Shown: in pieces, positions 1-8,486 of the stretch
Position numbering within the stretch: the first letter of the stretch is position 1
How the letters are laid out: every line of letters starts with the position of its first letter
IMG/VR virus record: IMGVR_UViG_3300005573_000085
Length of the DNA stretch: 64,000 nt
Direction: 5' to 3' (one strand)
From: a virus
Made by a program: the position numbers and the translations under genes
The notes under the pieces: model-generated
The model's database searches: none
What the model was told of the DNA's origin: nothing
Seen by the model: only the letters and a program-made list of their open reading frames with translations

Positions 1-27
1 ACGTACGGAAACATAAGGTATCTTGAG

Positions 28-540
28 ATGCCGAAGGAGAAGCGCGGACCGTGGGCTCTCGCCTTCAGGAGTTTCAAATACAGGATGTACTGGTTGTCAC
101 TGGACCTCCCCCTTCAGGAAACGATATCCTATGAAAGTTTCCTCAGGGAGAATTGCGCGGGCTTTGATAATCCCGCAAATCAGGGCGAGATAATTGCGTT
201 TGTTGCCGTTTTTGTCGAGCTTGGCGGAACGCTGCGGGATCTTGCGGAGTGGCGCAAAACCATCGGGTGGCGGCTCTGGTCGGAGCCACGTGACGTGCTT
301 AGGTTTGTGAAAATGGGTCTCGGACCCGCTGATTACGAGGCTCATCGGAAGTCGGTATCCATGGACAATCTTGAGAAATTCATTAACGCGGGGTATACTC
401 TTAACGAGTACCTGTTTGTAAGTAAGCTATCGGGGATTCCGCTGGTGGCTGCGAAGGTCGTGAAAAGGCTGATTGAGAAAGGGTACAAGCCTGGGGCCGA
501 ACGATATGATGAAGAAGATGAAGAATTGGACCTTGTTTGA
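28..540 (+). CDS. hypothetical protein with acidic C-terminus
   Basis: 170-aa ORF in the + strand gene run; no recognisable motif. Confidence 0.65.
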   Translation: MPKEKRGPWALAFRSFKYRMYWLSLDLPLQETISYESFLRENCAGFDNPANQGEIIAFVAVFVELGGTLRDLAEWRKTIGWRLWSEPRDVLRFVKMGLGPADYEAHRKSVSMDNLEKFINAGYTLNEYLFVSKLSGIPLVAAKVVKRLIEKGYKPGAERYDEEDEELDLV

Positions 541-568
541 CGGAAAATAACATTTTGGAGGGATTATT

Positions 569-901
569 ATGACAGTGGAGGAGTTGAATGCGGTTTTGGA
601 CAGGGTGTCGCACATGCTTGATACCGAAGGGGTTCCCAATGTGGAGGCTCTCACGCTTTGCGATATGGTGCTGTCCGAAGTGGAGAAGGAGAGCGGGGGA
701 AAGATGGGCGCCATGTCCGCTATTGGCGGAGCGGCCGCAGCGATATTCGGGCTGGCCTCAGGGCTGGGCCTCTTTCTTCCCGGTGTGTTAGGCGCCTACC
801 TTGGATTCAAGGCTGGCGAAAGCAAGAACAAAGCGGATTTCGGGCCTATTATTCTTAGAGCTCAGGCTCTCAAGGCCCGGGCCGACAATATCAAACCATG
901 A
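569..901 (+). CDS. small putative membrane protein (glycine-zipper-like segment)
   Basis: GGAGG RBS upstream; hydrophobic GAMSAIGGAAAAIFGLASGLGLFLPGVLGAYLG segment. Confidence 0.7.
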   Translation: MTVEELNAVLDRVSHMLDTEGVPNVEALTLCDMVLSEVEKESGGKMGAMSAIGGAAAAIFGLASGLGLFLPGVLGAYLGFKAGESKNKADFGPIILRAQALKARADNIKP

Positions 902-930
902 GACTGGAACGGTTGCTTAACCGGGAGGAT

Positions 931-1506
931 ATGATGAAAAAGATTAAACTGTGCGAGAAAGAGGAGATAGGAAAGCTGACCGAGCTTTTCGCGGTCGAGG
1001 GTTACGGTGGGTGGAAAATTCAGGAGGTTACCACCGAGACTCGACTGCTGGACAAGGCCTACTCGGATTTGGACCGCCTTATCGAACATGTGCAGTGGAA
1101 CTTGACTCCGGATTACACCGAGTTCGACCTTGTAGGCACGTTCGTAAATGAGGCCGGAGATGAGGTCGGGATTTACGCGATGCCTTTGGCTAACGAGTGG
1201 GCCCGGTACGAGGATGAGGATGATGAGGATGATGAGGATATGGACGAGGATATGGACGAGGATATGGACGAGGATATGGACGATATGGACGATGACGAAT
1301 ACGAGGCTGACGATGAGGAGTGTGAAGCCTGGGGTTTGCAGCTCAGAACCGAGGTGACGACTCAGGGCGATCCGGATGTGTATGATAGTGTGAAGATGGC
1401 CCGCGAGTGGGCGCAGAGCAAGTACGGCAACCGTGACAGCTACAAGGCGTGCCGGTTTTACTGGGAGAGGGATGACTCCGTTAATACTGCCGAAGGAGAA
1501 TCATGA
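931..1506 (+). CDS. paralog family A member 1 (unknown function), with poly-acidic insertion
   Basis: GGGAGG RBS before ATG 931/934; shares KL.E..ELFAV...GW.I..V.TE...Y.DL / GIYA...WG..R.E...YDS...ARE pattern with the next four ORFs. Confidence 0.8.
   Translation: MMKKIKLCEKEEIGKLTELFAVEGYGGWKIQEVTTETRLLDKAYSDLDRLIEHVQWNLTPDYTEFDLVGTFVNEAGDEVGIYAMPLANEWARYEDEDDEDDEDMDEDMDEDMDEDMDDMDDDEYEADDEECEAWGLQLRTEVTTQGDPDVYDSVKMAREWAQSKYGNRDSYKACRFYWERDDSVNTAEGES
1210..1290 (+). repeat. in-frame acidic microsatellite: GAGGATATGGAC x4 plus GATGAG-type triplet repeats (EDEDDEDDEDMDEDMDEDMDEDMDDMD)
   Basis: 12-bp unit exact at 1234, 1246, 1258, 1270, partial at 1282. Confidence 0.95.
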
Positions 1507-1916
1507 TGGACGAGGTGTGCAGAGTGAAGCTGGCCGAGAGGCGGGACGAGGACGGAATAACGGAGATATTCGCATTCAAACGTCATGACGGGAGGTGGTC
1601 CGTTCAAAACGTAATCACCGAATTTGCGGACGAGGATTACGCTGACCTGAGAGAGGCGATGGAGAATGTCATTCCGAACCTTGACGAGGAGGCCGTGAAA
1701 TACTCCCTGATCGGAAGATTGAAGGACAAGCGGGGAGGAATAGTGGATGTCTATGTAACCGAGTTTCACGAACTGTGGGGAGTCGAACTTAGGTTCGAGG
1801 ACGTGGAGTCTGAGGAGTTCGGAATGTTCAAGAGCCTTGAGAAGGCGCGCGAGGCCGTTGAAAGTCGGCTTGGGAGGTCGCTCAACGATTACCAGCGCAT
1901 GGATATTGCCGTTTAA
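1503..1916 (+). CDS. paralog family A member 2
   Basis: VKLAERR..EIFAF..GRWSVQNVITE..Y.DL ... VYV...WGVELRFE..F.SLEKARE. Confidence 0.8.
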   Translation: MMDEVCRVKLAERRDEDGITEIFAFKRHDGRWSVQNVITEFADEDYADLREAMENVIPNLDEEAVKYSLIGRLKDKRGGIVDVYVTEFHELWGVELRFEDVESEEFGMFKSLEKAREAVESRLGRSLNDYQRMDIAV

Positions 1917-1936
1917 TCGGAGAGGGTGGTAAGGGA

Positions 1937-2416
1937 ATGGAGAAGGTCAAACTTTGCGAGAAAAGGATTAAAAACGGGAGCGGAAGACGGGAGGTATTCG
2001 CTGTCAGAGAGGGCAATGGCTGGAGAATTGAAACCGTGGACTCCTATTTTGAGAACCCGGATGTATGCTATGAAAGTTTGAACGAGGCCGTGCTCGCTGT
2101 TCATACTAATTCCGGAAGTGAGGACACAAGATGGTATTTGATTGGCGAGTATTCGGCTGATGACTGCGGGGAGGAGCGCATGCAGACCCTTCCGCTTGCA
2201 ACCGAGATTGGCATATACGCCATCGAGCTTGAGGGCGAGGATAAATGGACTATCGAGCTCCGATCGGAGGCGGCTGTGGAGAGGGAGGATTACGTTTTAA
2301 ACAGCCTGTCCAAGGCGTGGGACCGCTCGTGGTGTCGATACAGCCTGAAAAACGACTATAAGTGGTATACGCCCTGCGGCTTGGCTACTGTCAAGCCCAA
2401 AGGGGATAATAACTAG
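1937..2416 (+). CDS. paralog family A member 3
   Basis: VKLCEKR..EVFAVR..GWRIETV..PD..YESL ... GIYA...WTIELRSE. Confidence 0.8.
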   Translation: MEKVKLCEKRIKNGSGRREVFAVREGNGWRIETVDSYFENPDVCYESLNEAVLAVHTNSGSEDTRWYLIGEYSADDCGEERMQTLPLATEIGIYAIELEGEDKWTIELRSEAAVEREDYVLNSLSKAWDRSWCRYSLKNDYKWYTPCGLATVKPKGDNN

Positions 2417-2429
2417 ATGGGGGACTGTA

Positions 2430-2885
2430 ATGAGAGAGTTAGGCGAAACAGGGTTGCATGAAATAAAGGTGAGCGAGACAATGTTAGGGGGCTTCGAACT
2501 CGAGGAGGTTTTCGTGGTCAGGGATTGCTTCGGAGGGTGGAGGATTCGGAAAGTGACCACCGAGCTTGAGAGTCCGGACATCACGTATGAAAGCGTGGAG
2601 GATGCGATCAAGGCCGCGCGCTCCGTGATTTCCAACGGGGACCGCATCGACTTTGATTTAATCGGAAACTTCACGGACGAGTGCGGACGAACGATTGGAG
2701 TGTACGCCTATTCCGCAGGCGATGAGTGGGGAACCGAAGTTCAATGCCGAATGGAAGCCATGACGATGGAGGAGCCGGGAGTGTTCGACTCCTCGGAGGA
2801 TGCGCGGGAGGCAATGGTGGCATGGCTTGGAAGCGCCAGGAATAACTACGAAAGTGTCGGCCGGGCTGAAAAGGCGAGCGTATGA
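2430..2885 (+). CDS. paralog family A member 4
   Basis: EVFVVRD..GGWRIRKVTTE..PD..YESV ... GVYAY...WGTEV..E...FDSSEDARE. Confidence 0.8.
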   Translation: MRELGETGLHEIKVSETMLGGFELEEVFVVRDCFGGWRIRKVTTELESPDITYESVEDAIKAARSVISNGDRIDFDLIGNFTDECGRTIGVYAYSAGDEWGTEVQCRMEAMTMEEPGVFDSSEDAREAMVAWLGSARNNYESVGRAEKASV

Positions 2886-2964
2886 GAAAAACGGTCGCTC
2901 GTCAATAACCGCCTGCGGACTGTCTATCAATCGCGGAAACGCGCTATTTAATTTGGAGATTGCA

Positions 2965-3732
2965 ATGGGAAAGCTAGGCAAAGTGAAATTGTACGAAAGG
3001 CGAAACGGAAACGCCTGCGAGGAGATTTTCGCGGTCCGAGACTGCTCCGGAAGGTGGGTGATTCGGAAGGTGATCCTGGAGTGGATTGCACCCGATACGG
3101 GGTATTCGAGTTTGAAAGATGCGAGGAGGGGTTTGAATTTGGGCCCGGACTACGTCCCGTATGAACTGATAGGAAAGCTGAGGCGCGAGCGCCCGCGTAT
3201 GACGGGGGTGTACGCTTATCCGCGCAATGATGGATGGAAGGTGGAGTACAAGGACGAATGCGAAGACTTCATTGGCGCGGGGAATGCGTACGATACGGTG
3301 GAGGAGGCGCGAGCGGACACGGAGTTTTTCCACAGGGAGATAGGCGATGACTATTGGCGCGTGACCGATGATTCGGAGGCCGATAGGTGCGACTTAACGG
3401 ACAAATACGGGAATTGCATGGCCGGGAGCGCGCGTGGAAGGGGTTGTAAATCACCGGAGGAGCGGCACGCAGCCATATGCGAGGAGCTGACGTCCGTTTA
3501 CTCCGCGAAGAACAGGGCCTACGGGGATTCGTTTCTCAATGTGAGACGGATGCTGGGACAGGCCTCGGTGGTTGTCAGACTACTGGACAAGGTTTTCAGG
3601 TTCAAGACTCTTGTCGAGAATCCCGACATCCCCGACAATTCGGAAAGCGTTATCGATACGTTAAAGGATCTGGCCAATTACTGTATCATGGAGATTATGG
3701 CCATCGAGAAAGACGAGGAAATTCTTAAATGA
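2965..3732 (+). CDS. paralog family A member 5 fused to DUF1599 (nucleotide-modification-associated domain 1)
   Basis: GGAG RBS before ATG 2965; N-half has family A pattern; C-half ICEELTSVYSAKNRAYGDSF..VVRLLDKVFRFKTL..ESVIDTLKDLANYCIM matches the DUF1599 signature. Confidence 0.8.
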   Translation: MGKLGKVKLYERRNGNACEEIFAVRDCSGRWVIRKVILEWIAPDTGYSSLKDARRGLNLGPDYVPYELIGKLRRERPRMTGVYAYPRNDGWKVEYKDECEDFIGAGNAYDTVEEARADTEFFHREIGDDYWRVTDDSEADRCDLTDKYGNCMAGSARGRGCKSPEERHAAICEELTSVYSAKNRAYGDSFLNVRRMLGQASVVVRLLDKVFRFKTLVENPDIPDNSESVIDTLKDLANYCIMEIMAIEKDEEILK

Positions 3733-4289
3733 AAAATCTTGAAAGTAAATTATTGGCAACGGCACCCTACCTTCTATCGGCCGTAGCCCTGACGGTTATC
3801 ACCGTAAGCGCTCCGACATCGGTTTTGGCCGGGCTTTGTTTTCCCATCGCTCTTTGCACGTTGGCGCTTTCGCTGACACTGCCTTTGCTTACGCTAATAT
3901 TGATGTCCATTCTGCTCTCCTCGCTTCAGACACCGGCAGTGGTGAAGCTAAGCAGAACGATGACAACGGATGACCAGGCGCTCATGCACGTTATACTGGA
4001 GGATATGGGCGCCCCGGTGACCGGTCTGCTCTTCGCATCGTTGTTCATCATTCCGTTGCTTCTCCTTTCCCGTGTCGCCCTTCCGGACGTATTCACAAGG
4101 GTCGCCATCATATACTGCGGGCTGATCGTAGTGTACGTGTGCGAGGAGTTCGAATATGTGGCCAAGGCCGCCAAGGGCCTGCTGCTCGAGGAGTTTTATT
4201 GGAAGGTGAAGGAGTTTGACTTCATATCCTCGATGAACTCAAGCGATGATGTCGAGGAGCTGACAGCCACGAAGGATGGCAAGAAATAG
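3729..4289 (+). CDS. multi-pass membrane protein
   Basis: About four long hydrophobic segments; ATGA overlap with upstream stop. Confidence 0.75.
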   Translation: MKNLESKLLATAPYLLSAVALTVITVSAPTSVLAGLCFPIALCTLALSLTLPLLTLILMSILLSSLQTPAVVKLSRTMTTDDQALMHVILEDMGAPVTGLLFASLFIIPLLLLSRVALPDVFTRVAIIYCGLIVVYVCEEFEYVAKAAKGLLLEEFYWKVKEFDFISSMNSSDDVEELTATKDGKK

Positions 4290-4356
4290 GTTTTAAAATA
4301 TCCGCCTTGCTGTAGTTTTCACGAGGAGGCGAATTCGCGCCCTCCCTTTTATTGGC

Positions 4357-4362
4357 TATAAT
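4357..4362 (+). promoter_or_regulatory. candidate sigma70/sigmaA -10 box (TATAAT)
   Basis: GCTATAATA in the intergenic gap ahead of 4426; same core recurs at 5020, 9867, 16585, 19622 and on the - strand at 56274 and 59877. Confidence 0.5.
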
Positions 4363-4425
4363 AGACATGGGAATCACCCGTCCATGTCTTAGTAGGTTTC
4401 CCCTCAAAGGGGAAGGAGTTGTGCG

Positions 4426-4950
4426 ATGAGAAGTACGGTTAAAGGTTTTAAGATTATTTTGTCCGTCATTTTGCTGGGCGTACTGTCTGTTGCGTCCAAG
4501 GCTCAGATTAACGCGGTTCAGGTTGAGAGCATAGTGGGGACCTCCAGCGGCTCCAATGTGATAGCGGGACCGGCCAAGCAGACATACGAGATCAATATCA
4601 CGTATGTCACGGGCATCGCCCCGCCATCCTGGTATGCTCAGTATGGATTGGCGTTGTACGATGGGCAATATATGATGGATGGAAATTTCGTCTACGGTGA
4701 TAGCGATGGCAATCAGTGCGATTGCAGTACCCTGCGTATCACCAAGTATTCGCCCCCGGAGATAGATGCGTTCACTCGTGTCGTATATCCGTGTGCACTG
4801 AGTCCTGGAATTTTTGCATTCTACGACACGGCCTATTTTAAAATCACAAGGACGATTGTGAACGATGCGCCTAAAACGCTGGTCGATTTCACGATTAAAA
4901 ATTACAAGGGGCAGGTGTGCCTGCACTCTTCCGGATATTTAAACCAATAA
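4426..4950 (+). CDS. exported beta-rich protein with N-terminal signal peptide (moron-like)
   Basis: Basic N-terminus, hydrophobic core and ASKA cleavage-like site; bracketed by its own -10 box and terminator. Confidence 0.7.
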   Translation: MRSTVKGFKIILSVILLGVLSVASKAQINAVQVESIVGTSSGSNVIAGPAKQTYEINITYVTGIAPPSWYAQYGLALYDGQYMMDGNFVYGDSDGNQCDCSTLRITKYSPPEIDAFTRVVYPCALSPGIFAFYDTAYFKITRTIVNDAPKTLVDFTIKNYKGQVCLHSSGYLNQ

Positions 4951-4966
4951 CGGGGTTTCGGAATTC

Positions 4967-4995
4967 AAGGAGGCTCGAACAGGGCCTCCTTTTTT
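4967..4995 (+). terminator. intrinsic terminator
   Basis: AAGGAGGC-loop-GCCTCCTT followed by T run. Confidence 0.8.
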
Positions 4996-5082
4996 ATGTC
5001 AGGATTTCCGAGGACAAGGTATAATAACTATGATTTGCGATAAATTTACACACCCGTATTGCGAGGTTAAAAGGAGAATTGC

Positions 5083-5805
5083 ATGAGTGACGATGTTCGA
5101 AGGGCGGCAATAATCATTCCCGTTCACAATGCTCCGGAGTGCGTCACGGAGCTTCTGGACAGCATGAGCAAGACCGAGGTGGCCGAGATACAAATAGAGA
5201 CCATATTTGTCGATGACGCAAGCGACAAGGAGACCTCGGACATATTACTTAAGTATTGTCTGGAGAATGACTGGTGCGAATACCTAAGGAATAACACGCA
5301 GCAGCTATTCACCCGAACGGTCAATCGGGGAATACGAAGCGCGTCCCGGGACAATGATTTCTACGTCTGCGTGAACACGGACTGCGTTCTGAAGTACGGA
5401 TGGCTCAACCATCTTATCGAGCCGTTCGACTCCCCGGAATGCTATGGCGTGGCCATTACGGGATACTACGATGGAACTCCCGAGGACGAGGATGGATGGG
5501 AGGAGTGCTTCTATCCCAAAAGACTTAACGCCCCTGACTACGTGACGGGGCATTGCATCGCGTTGGATGCCAAGGCTTTACGGGACCCCATGCTTGGCGT
5601 CTTTTGCGAAACGGATTTGCGGCAGGCTCACATCGGTTCGGAGCGTGAGTGGTGCTGGCGCGCGGCTCAGTTAGGGTACAGGATGTTCTACGTGAAGGGA
5701 AACCTTTGCGTTCATGACAAGGGAGGTCCGAGCTGGAACAGGGATTTGCGCTGGCTGGCGTCCTTCGATTACTCCCAGCTGTGGAAGGGGAGCGACCAGT
5801 TGTGA
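5083..5805 (+). CDS. glycosyltransferase family 2
   Basis: IIIPVHN, IFVDDAS, VNRGI, VNTD motifs of the GT-A fold. Confidence 0.85.
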   Translation: MSDDVRRAAIIIPVHNAPECVTELLDSMSKTEVAEIQIETIFVDDASDKETSDILLKYCLENDWCEYLRNNTQQLFTRTVNRGIRSASRDNDFYVCVNTDCVLKYGWLNHLIEPFDSPECYGVAITGYYDGTPEDEDGWEECFYPKRLNAPDYVTGHCIALDAKALRDPMLGVFCETDLRQAHIGSEREWCWRAAQLGYRMFYVKGNLCVHDKGGPSWNRDLRWLASFDYSQLWKGSDQL

Positions 5806-6275
5806 CAAGGAAAGGAAGCGACCTGGAGGCCCGAGTTTATACGGACGCCTCCATTGACTTCGAGAACGGCATAGCCGCCATAGGGGTCGTCATCGTATCC
5901 TGCGCTGACGACTCGATTGTGGCGGCTTATTCCTCGGTGCTGCCTCGAAGCTCCACCGCAGCCGTGGCCGAGGCCGAGGCTATTTTTTCAGGCGTCAGGA
6001 AGGCCGTAAAACTGGGCTTCGGGAGACTAACCGTTCATACGGACAGCGTAGTCGCGAAGGACGCCCTGGCCCGTCCCTCCGGTAACGAGGACAAGGAGTT
6101 GCATGAGATTCTATTGAAGCTTTACAAGATACGCGGACAGGTGACAAGCCTATCCATCGCAAGGTCATCGAGGGAGGACGTAAGGTTCGCGCACAGGCTG
6201 GCGTTCAAAGCCATGAATAAACGAAGACAAAGGATTGAAAGGGAAGGCGATGTCGGAAATAACAAAAAAGGTTGA
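5802..6275 (+). CDS. rnhA: ribonuclease HI-like protein
   Basis: VYTDAS, AEAEAI, VHTDS, AHRLA catalytic pattern. Confidence 0.8.
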   Translation: MTRKGSDLEARVYTDASIDFENGIAAIGVVIVSCADDSIVAAYSSVLPRSSTAAVAEAEAIFSGVRKAVKLGFGRLTVHTDSVVAKDALARPSGNEDKELHEILLKLYKIRGQVTSLSIARSSREDVRFAHRLAFKAMNKRRQRIEREGDVGNNKKG

Positions 6276-7113
6276 GCTGGTGATAATGAGAGGGTTACCG
6301 GGCTCCGGGAAATCAACCTGGGCGATGGGAAAGCTCAAGGAAAGAAACTGGAAAAGGGTTTCCAAGGATGATCTTAGAAGGATGATTGATAACGGGAAGT
6401 ACTCCGAGGTTAGGGAGAGAACCATAATCATAGCCGAGAGAAGCCTGGTTGATGTTTTGCTGAAGGCCGGGTGCAATGTGATAGTGGATGACACCAACCT
6501 TGACATGGCTCATGTGAATTACTTTAATGAGAAGTACGGTGCCGACCCGAATGTCAGTATCACCATCCAGGATTTCACGGATGTTCCACCGGAGGTGTGC
6601 ATCGAGAGGGATGCGCTTCGCCCGTGTCCGGTTGGGTCCAAGGCGATACATTATCTATGGTCCAGGTATTTGAGGAAGCCGCAGGCCCTTAGGTTCGATC
6701 CAAATCTGCCTACTGTCTGCATCTGTGACATTGACGGCACGATATGCGACAGCATCGGCAGGAAAATACATGAGTTTGACAAGATAGCGGCTGACTTGAA
6801 AACTCCGCACTCCTATCTCATAGAGAGCGTGCCGTTTGAAATCATATTCGTAAGCGGCAGAGAGGACTCCAGCCGGGAGCAAACCGAGAAGTGGATAAGG
6901 GATAACTTTCCCACTGTCAAATGGACGCATCTGTACATGAGAGCCACGGGGGACAGGCGGGACGATGCCGAAATCAAGAGGGAGATATGGAACGACCATA
7001 TCTCCGGAAAGTGCAACGTGGCGGGCGTCTTTGAGGACCGCCCGGTCGTCATCCGCATGTGGAGGTCGCTGGGCCTCCCGGTGTTTTCAGTCGGACCGCT
7101 GTATGAGTTTTAA
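6250..7113 (+). CDS. pseT: polynucleotide 5'-kinase/3'-phosphatase (T4 PseT-like)
   Basis: GLPGSGKST P-loop, VIVDDTN, C-terminal HAD DIDGT, SGR, VFEDRP. Confidence 0.92.
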   Translation: MSEITKKVELVIMRGLPGSGKSTWAMGKLKERNWKRVSKDDLRRMIDNGKYSEVRERTIIIAERSLVDVLLKAGCNVIVDDTNLDMAHVNYFNEKYGADPNVSITIQDFTDVPPEVCIERDALRPCPVGSKAIHYLWSRYLRKPQALRFDPNLPTVCICDIDGTICDSIGRKIHEFDKIAADLKTPHSYLIESVPFEIIFVSGREDSSREQTEKWIRDNFPTVKWTHLYMRATGDRRDDAEIKREIWNDHISGKCNVAGVFEDRPVVIRMWRSLGLPVFSVGPLYEF

Positions 7114-7158
7114 GGATACGACATAACCGATAATTGATATCGGAGAAAGGAATATTTT

Positions 7159-7806
7159 ATGGGCGATATTATGCAAGACTCCCCGAAAGTCGTGGAGCGA
7201 TATCTCGAAGCGGCAAAGCAAGGGGATGCGGATGCGCAATATAACCTCGCATTCCGTTATTGCGAAGGTTATGGCGTGGAACGGAACCCCGCTGAGGCCG
7301 CGAAGTGGTGTCGCAAGGCTGCGGAGCAGGGTCATGTAAAGGCGCAATACAACCTGGGGGTTTTTTACTACAACGGTGCTGGCGTGGAGCAGGACTTTGA
7401 GAAGGCCGCAATGTGGTATTGCAAGGCTGCCGAGCAGGGAGATGCGAAGGCGCAATATAATCTCGGGAAGTGCTACGCCAATGGCGAGGGCGTTACGCAG
7501 AACCTCGCGGAAGCCACGGAGTGGTGCCGCAGGGCGGCCGAACAGGGGCTTGCGGAGGCGCAATATACGCTCGGTGACTGTTTCTACATAGGTCAGGGCG
7601 TTGCTTCGGACTACGTAAAAGCTGCGGAGTGGTACCGCAAGGCGGCCGAGCAAGGGCTTGCGGAGGCGCAATTCAACCTCGGGGTCTGTTACCATAACGG
7701 TGCTGGCATTCCTCGGGACTTCGCGGAAGCGGGGAAATGGTTTCGCAAGGCCGCGGAGCAAGGGGATGAGTATGCGCAACGCATGCCCGGACGTTATCAC
7801 CGATAG
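7159..7806 (+). CDS. Sel1-like repeat protein
   Basis: Five to six 36-aa repeats AQYNLG..Y..G.GV..D..EA..W..KAAEQG. Confidence 0.92.
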   Translation: MGDIMQDSPKVVERYLEAAKQGDADAQYNLAFRYCEGYGVERNPAEAAKWCRKAAEQGHVKAQYNLGVFYYNGAGVEQDFEKAAMWYCKAAEQGDAKAQYNLGKCYANGEGVTQNLAEATEWCRRAAEQGLAEAQYTLGDCFYIGQGVASDYVKAAEWYRKAAEQGLAEAQFNLGVCYHNGAGIPRDFAEAGKWFRKAAEQGDEYAQRMPGRYHR

Positions 7807-7895
7807 GGTTTATATTCTTTAATACTCCGCAAAATGAGGATTCGGAGGCCGCGCGGGGATTGCGATAGCGGCTTCGAGAGGATGGGCGAGAGGAT

Positions 7896-8459
7896 ATGAA
7901 AAAGGATGAGTGGCTGGAGAAGGCGTACGATTTCATGGATGGAAGAGCCAGCGTGCTTGTGAACCTGGTCAACTTCATTAACTCCGGTTTGGTTCCCGGA
8001 AGGCTTTTGAACGGGGCGTCACGGGAGGAAATGGTGGAAAGGATAGCCTCGTTCATTACAAACACCTTTGAGAACTCAAGAGTAAGATATGCTGACTTTA
8101 CGACATATCATGGGGATAATCCTAGATATGTTCTTACACCGGAGGATGAGCGGTGGTGCATTGAGTACCTCACCGATGGCGGAGATTTTCCCGTATTCGA
8201 CCCCGGGTTCGTGTCCTATGAGACCAGGGACCGAAGAATTATCCTGTGGATTTCCCACAGGGTCAGGGAGCATATCGCGTGGCGTAGAGTCGTGAAACGA
8301 AGGACGTATGACTATGACGTCAGGGACCTGGTCCTTGACGAGCTTCTTTCCGTTGCGGATTTAGCGGGCGTGACTAAAAGGGGCGCCTCGGCCGATGAGT
8401 TTATCGCCATGATTACGGATGGAGTGCTTGACGAGGTCAGGGACTTGGTATATGATTGA
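7896..8459 (+). CDS. hypothetical protein
   Basis: 187-aa ORF with GAGG RBS. Confidence 0.65.
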   Translation: MKKDEWLEKAYDFMDGRASVLVNLVNFINSGLVPGRLLNGASREEMVERIASFITNTFENSRVRYADFTTYHGDNPRYVLTPEDERWCIEYLTDGGDFPVFDPGFVSYETRDRRIILWISHRVREHIAWRRVVKRRTYDYDVRDLVLDELLSVADLAGVTKRGASADEFIAMITDGVLDEVRDLVYD

Positions 8460-8486
8460 GCTTTTCTTTTATTCAAAGGAAGTCTT

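Noticed and set aside
4222-4926. 234-aa antisense ORF, and similar long shadow ORFs at 7087-7800, 36840-37814 and 54038-54901
   Set aside because: They lie opposite well-supported genes, lack RBS and motifs, and are explained by codon bias on the coding strand.
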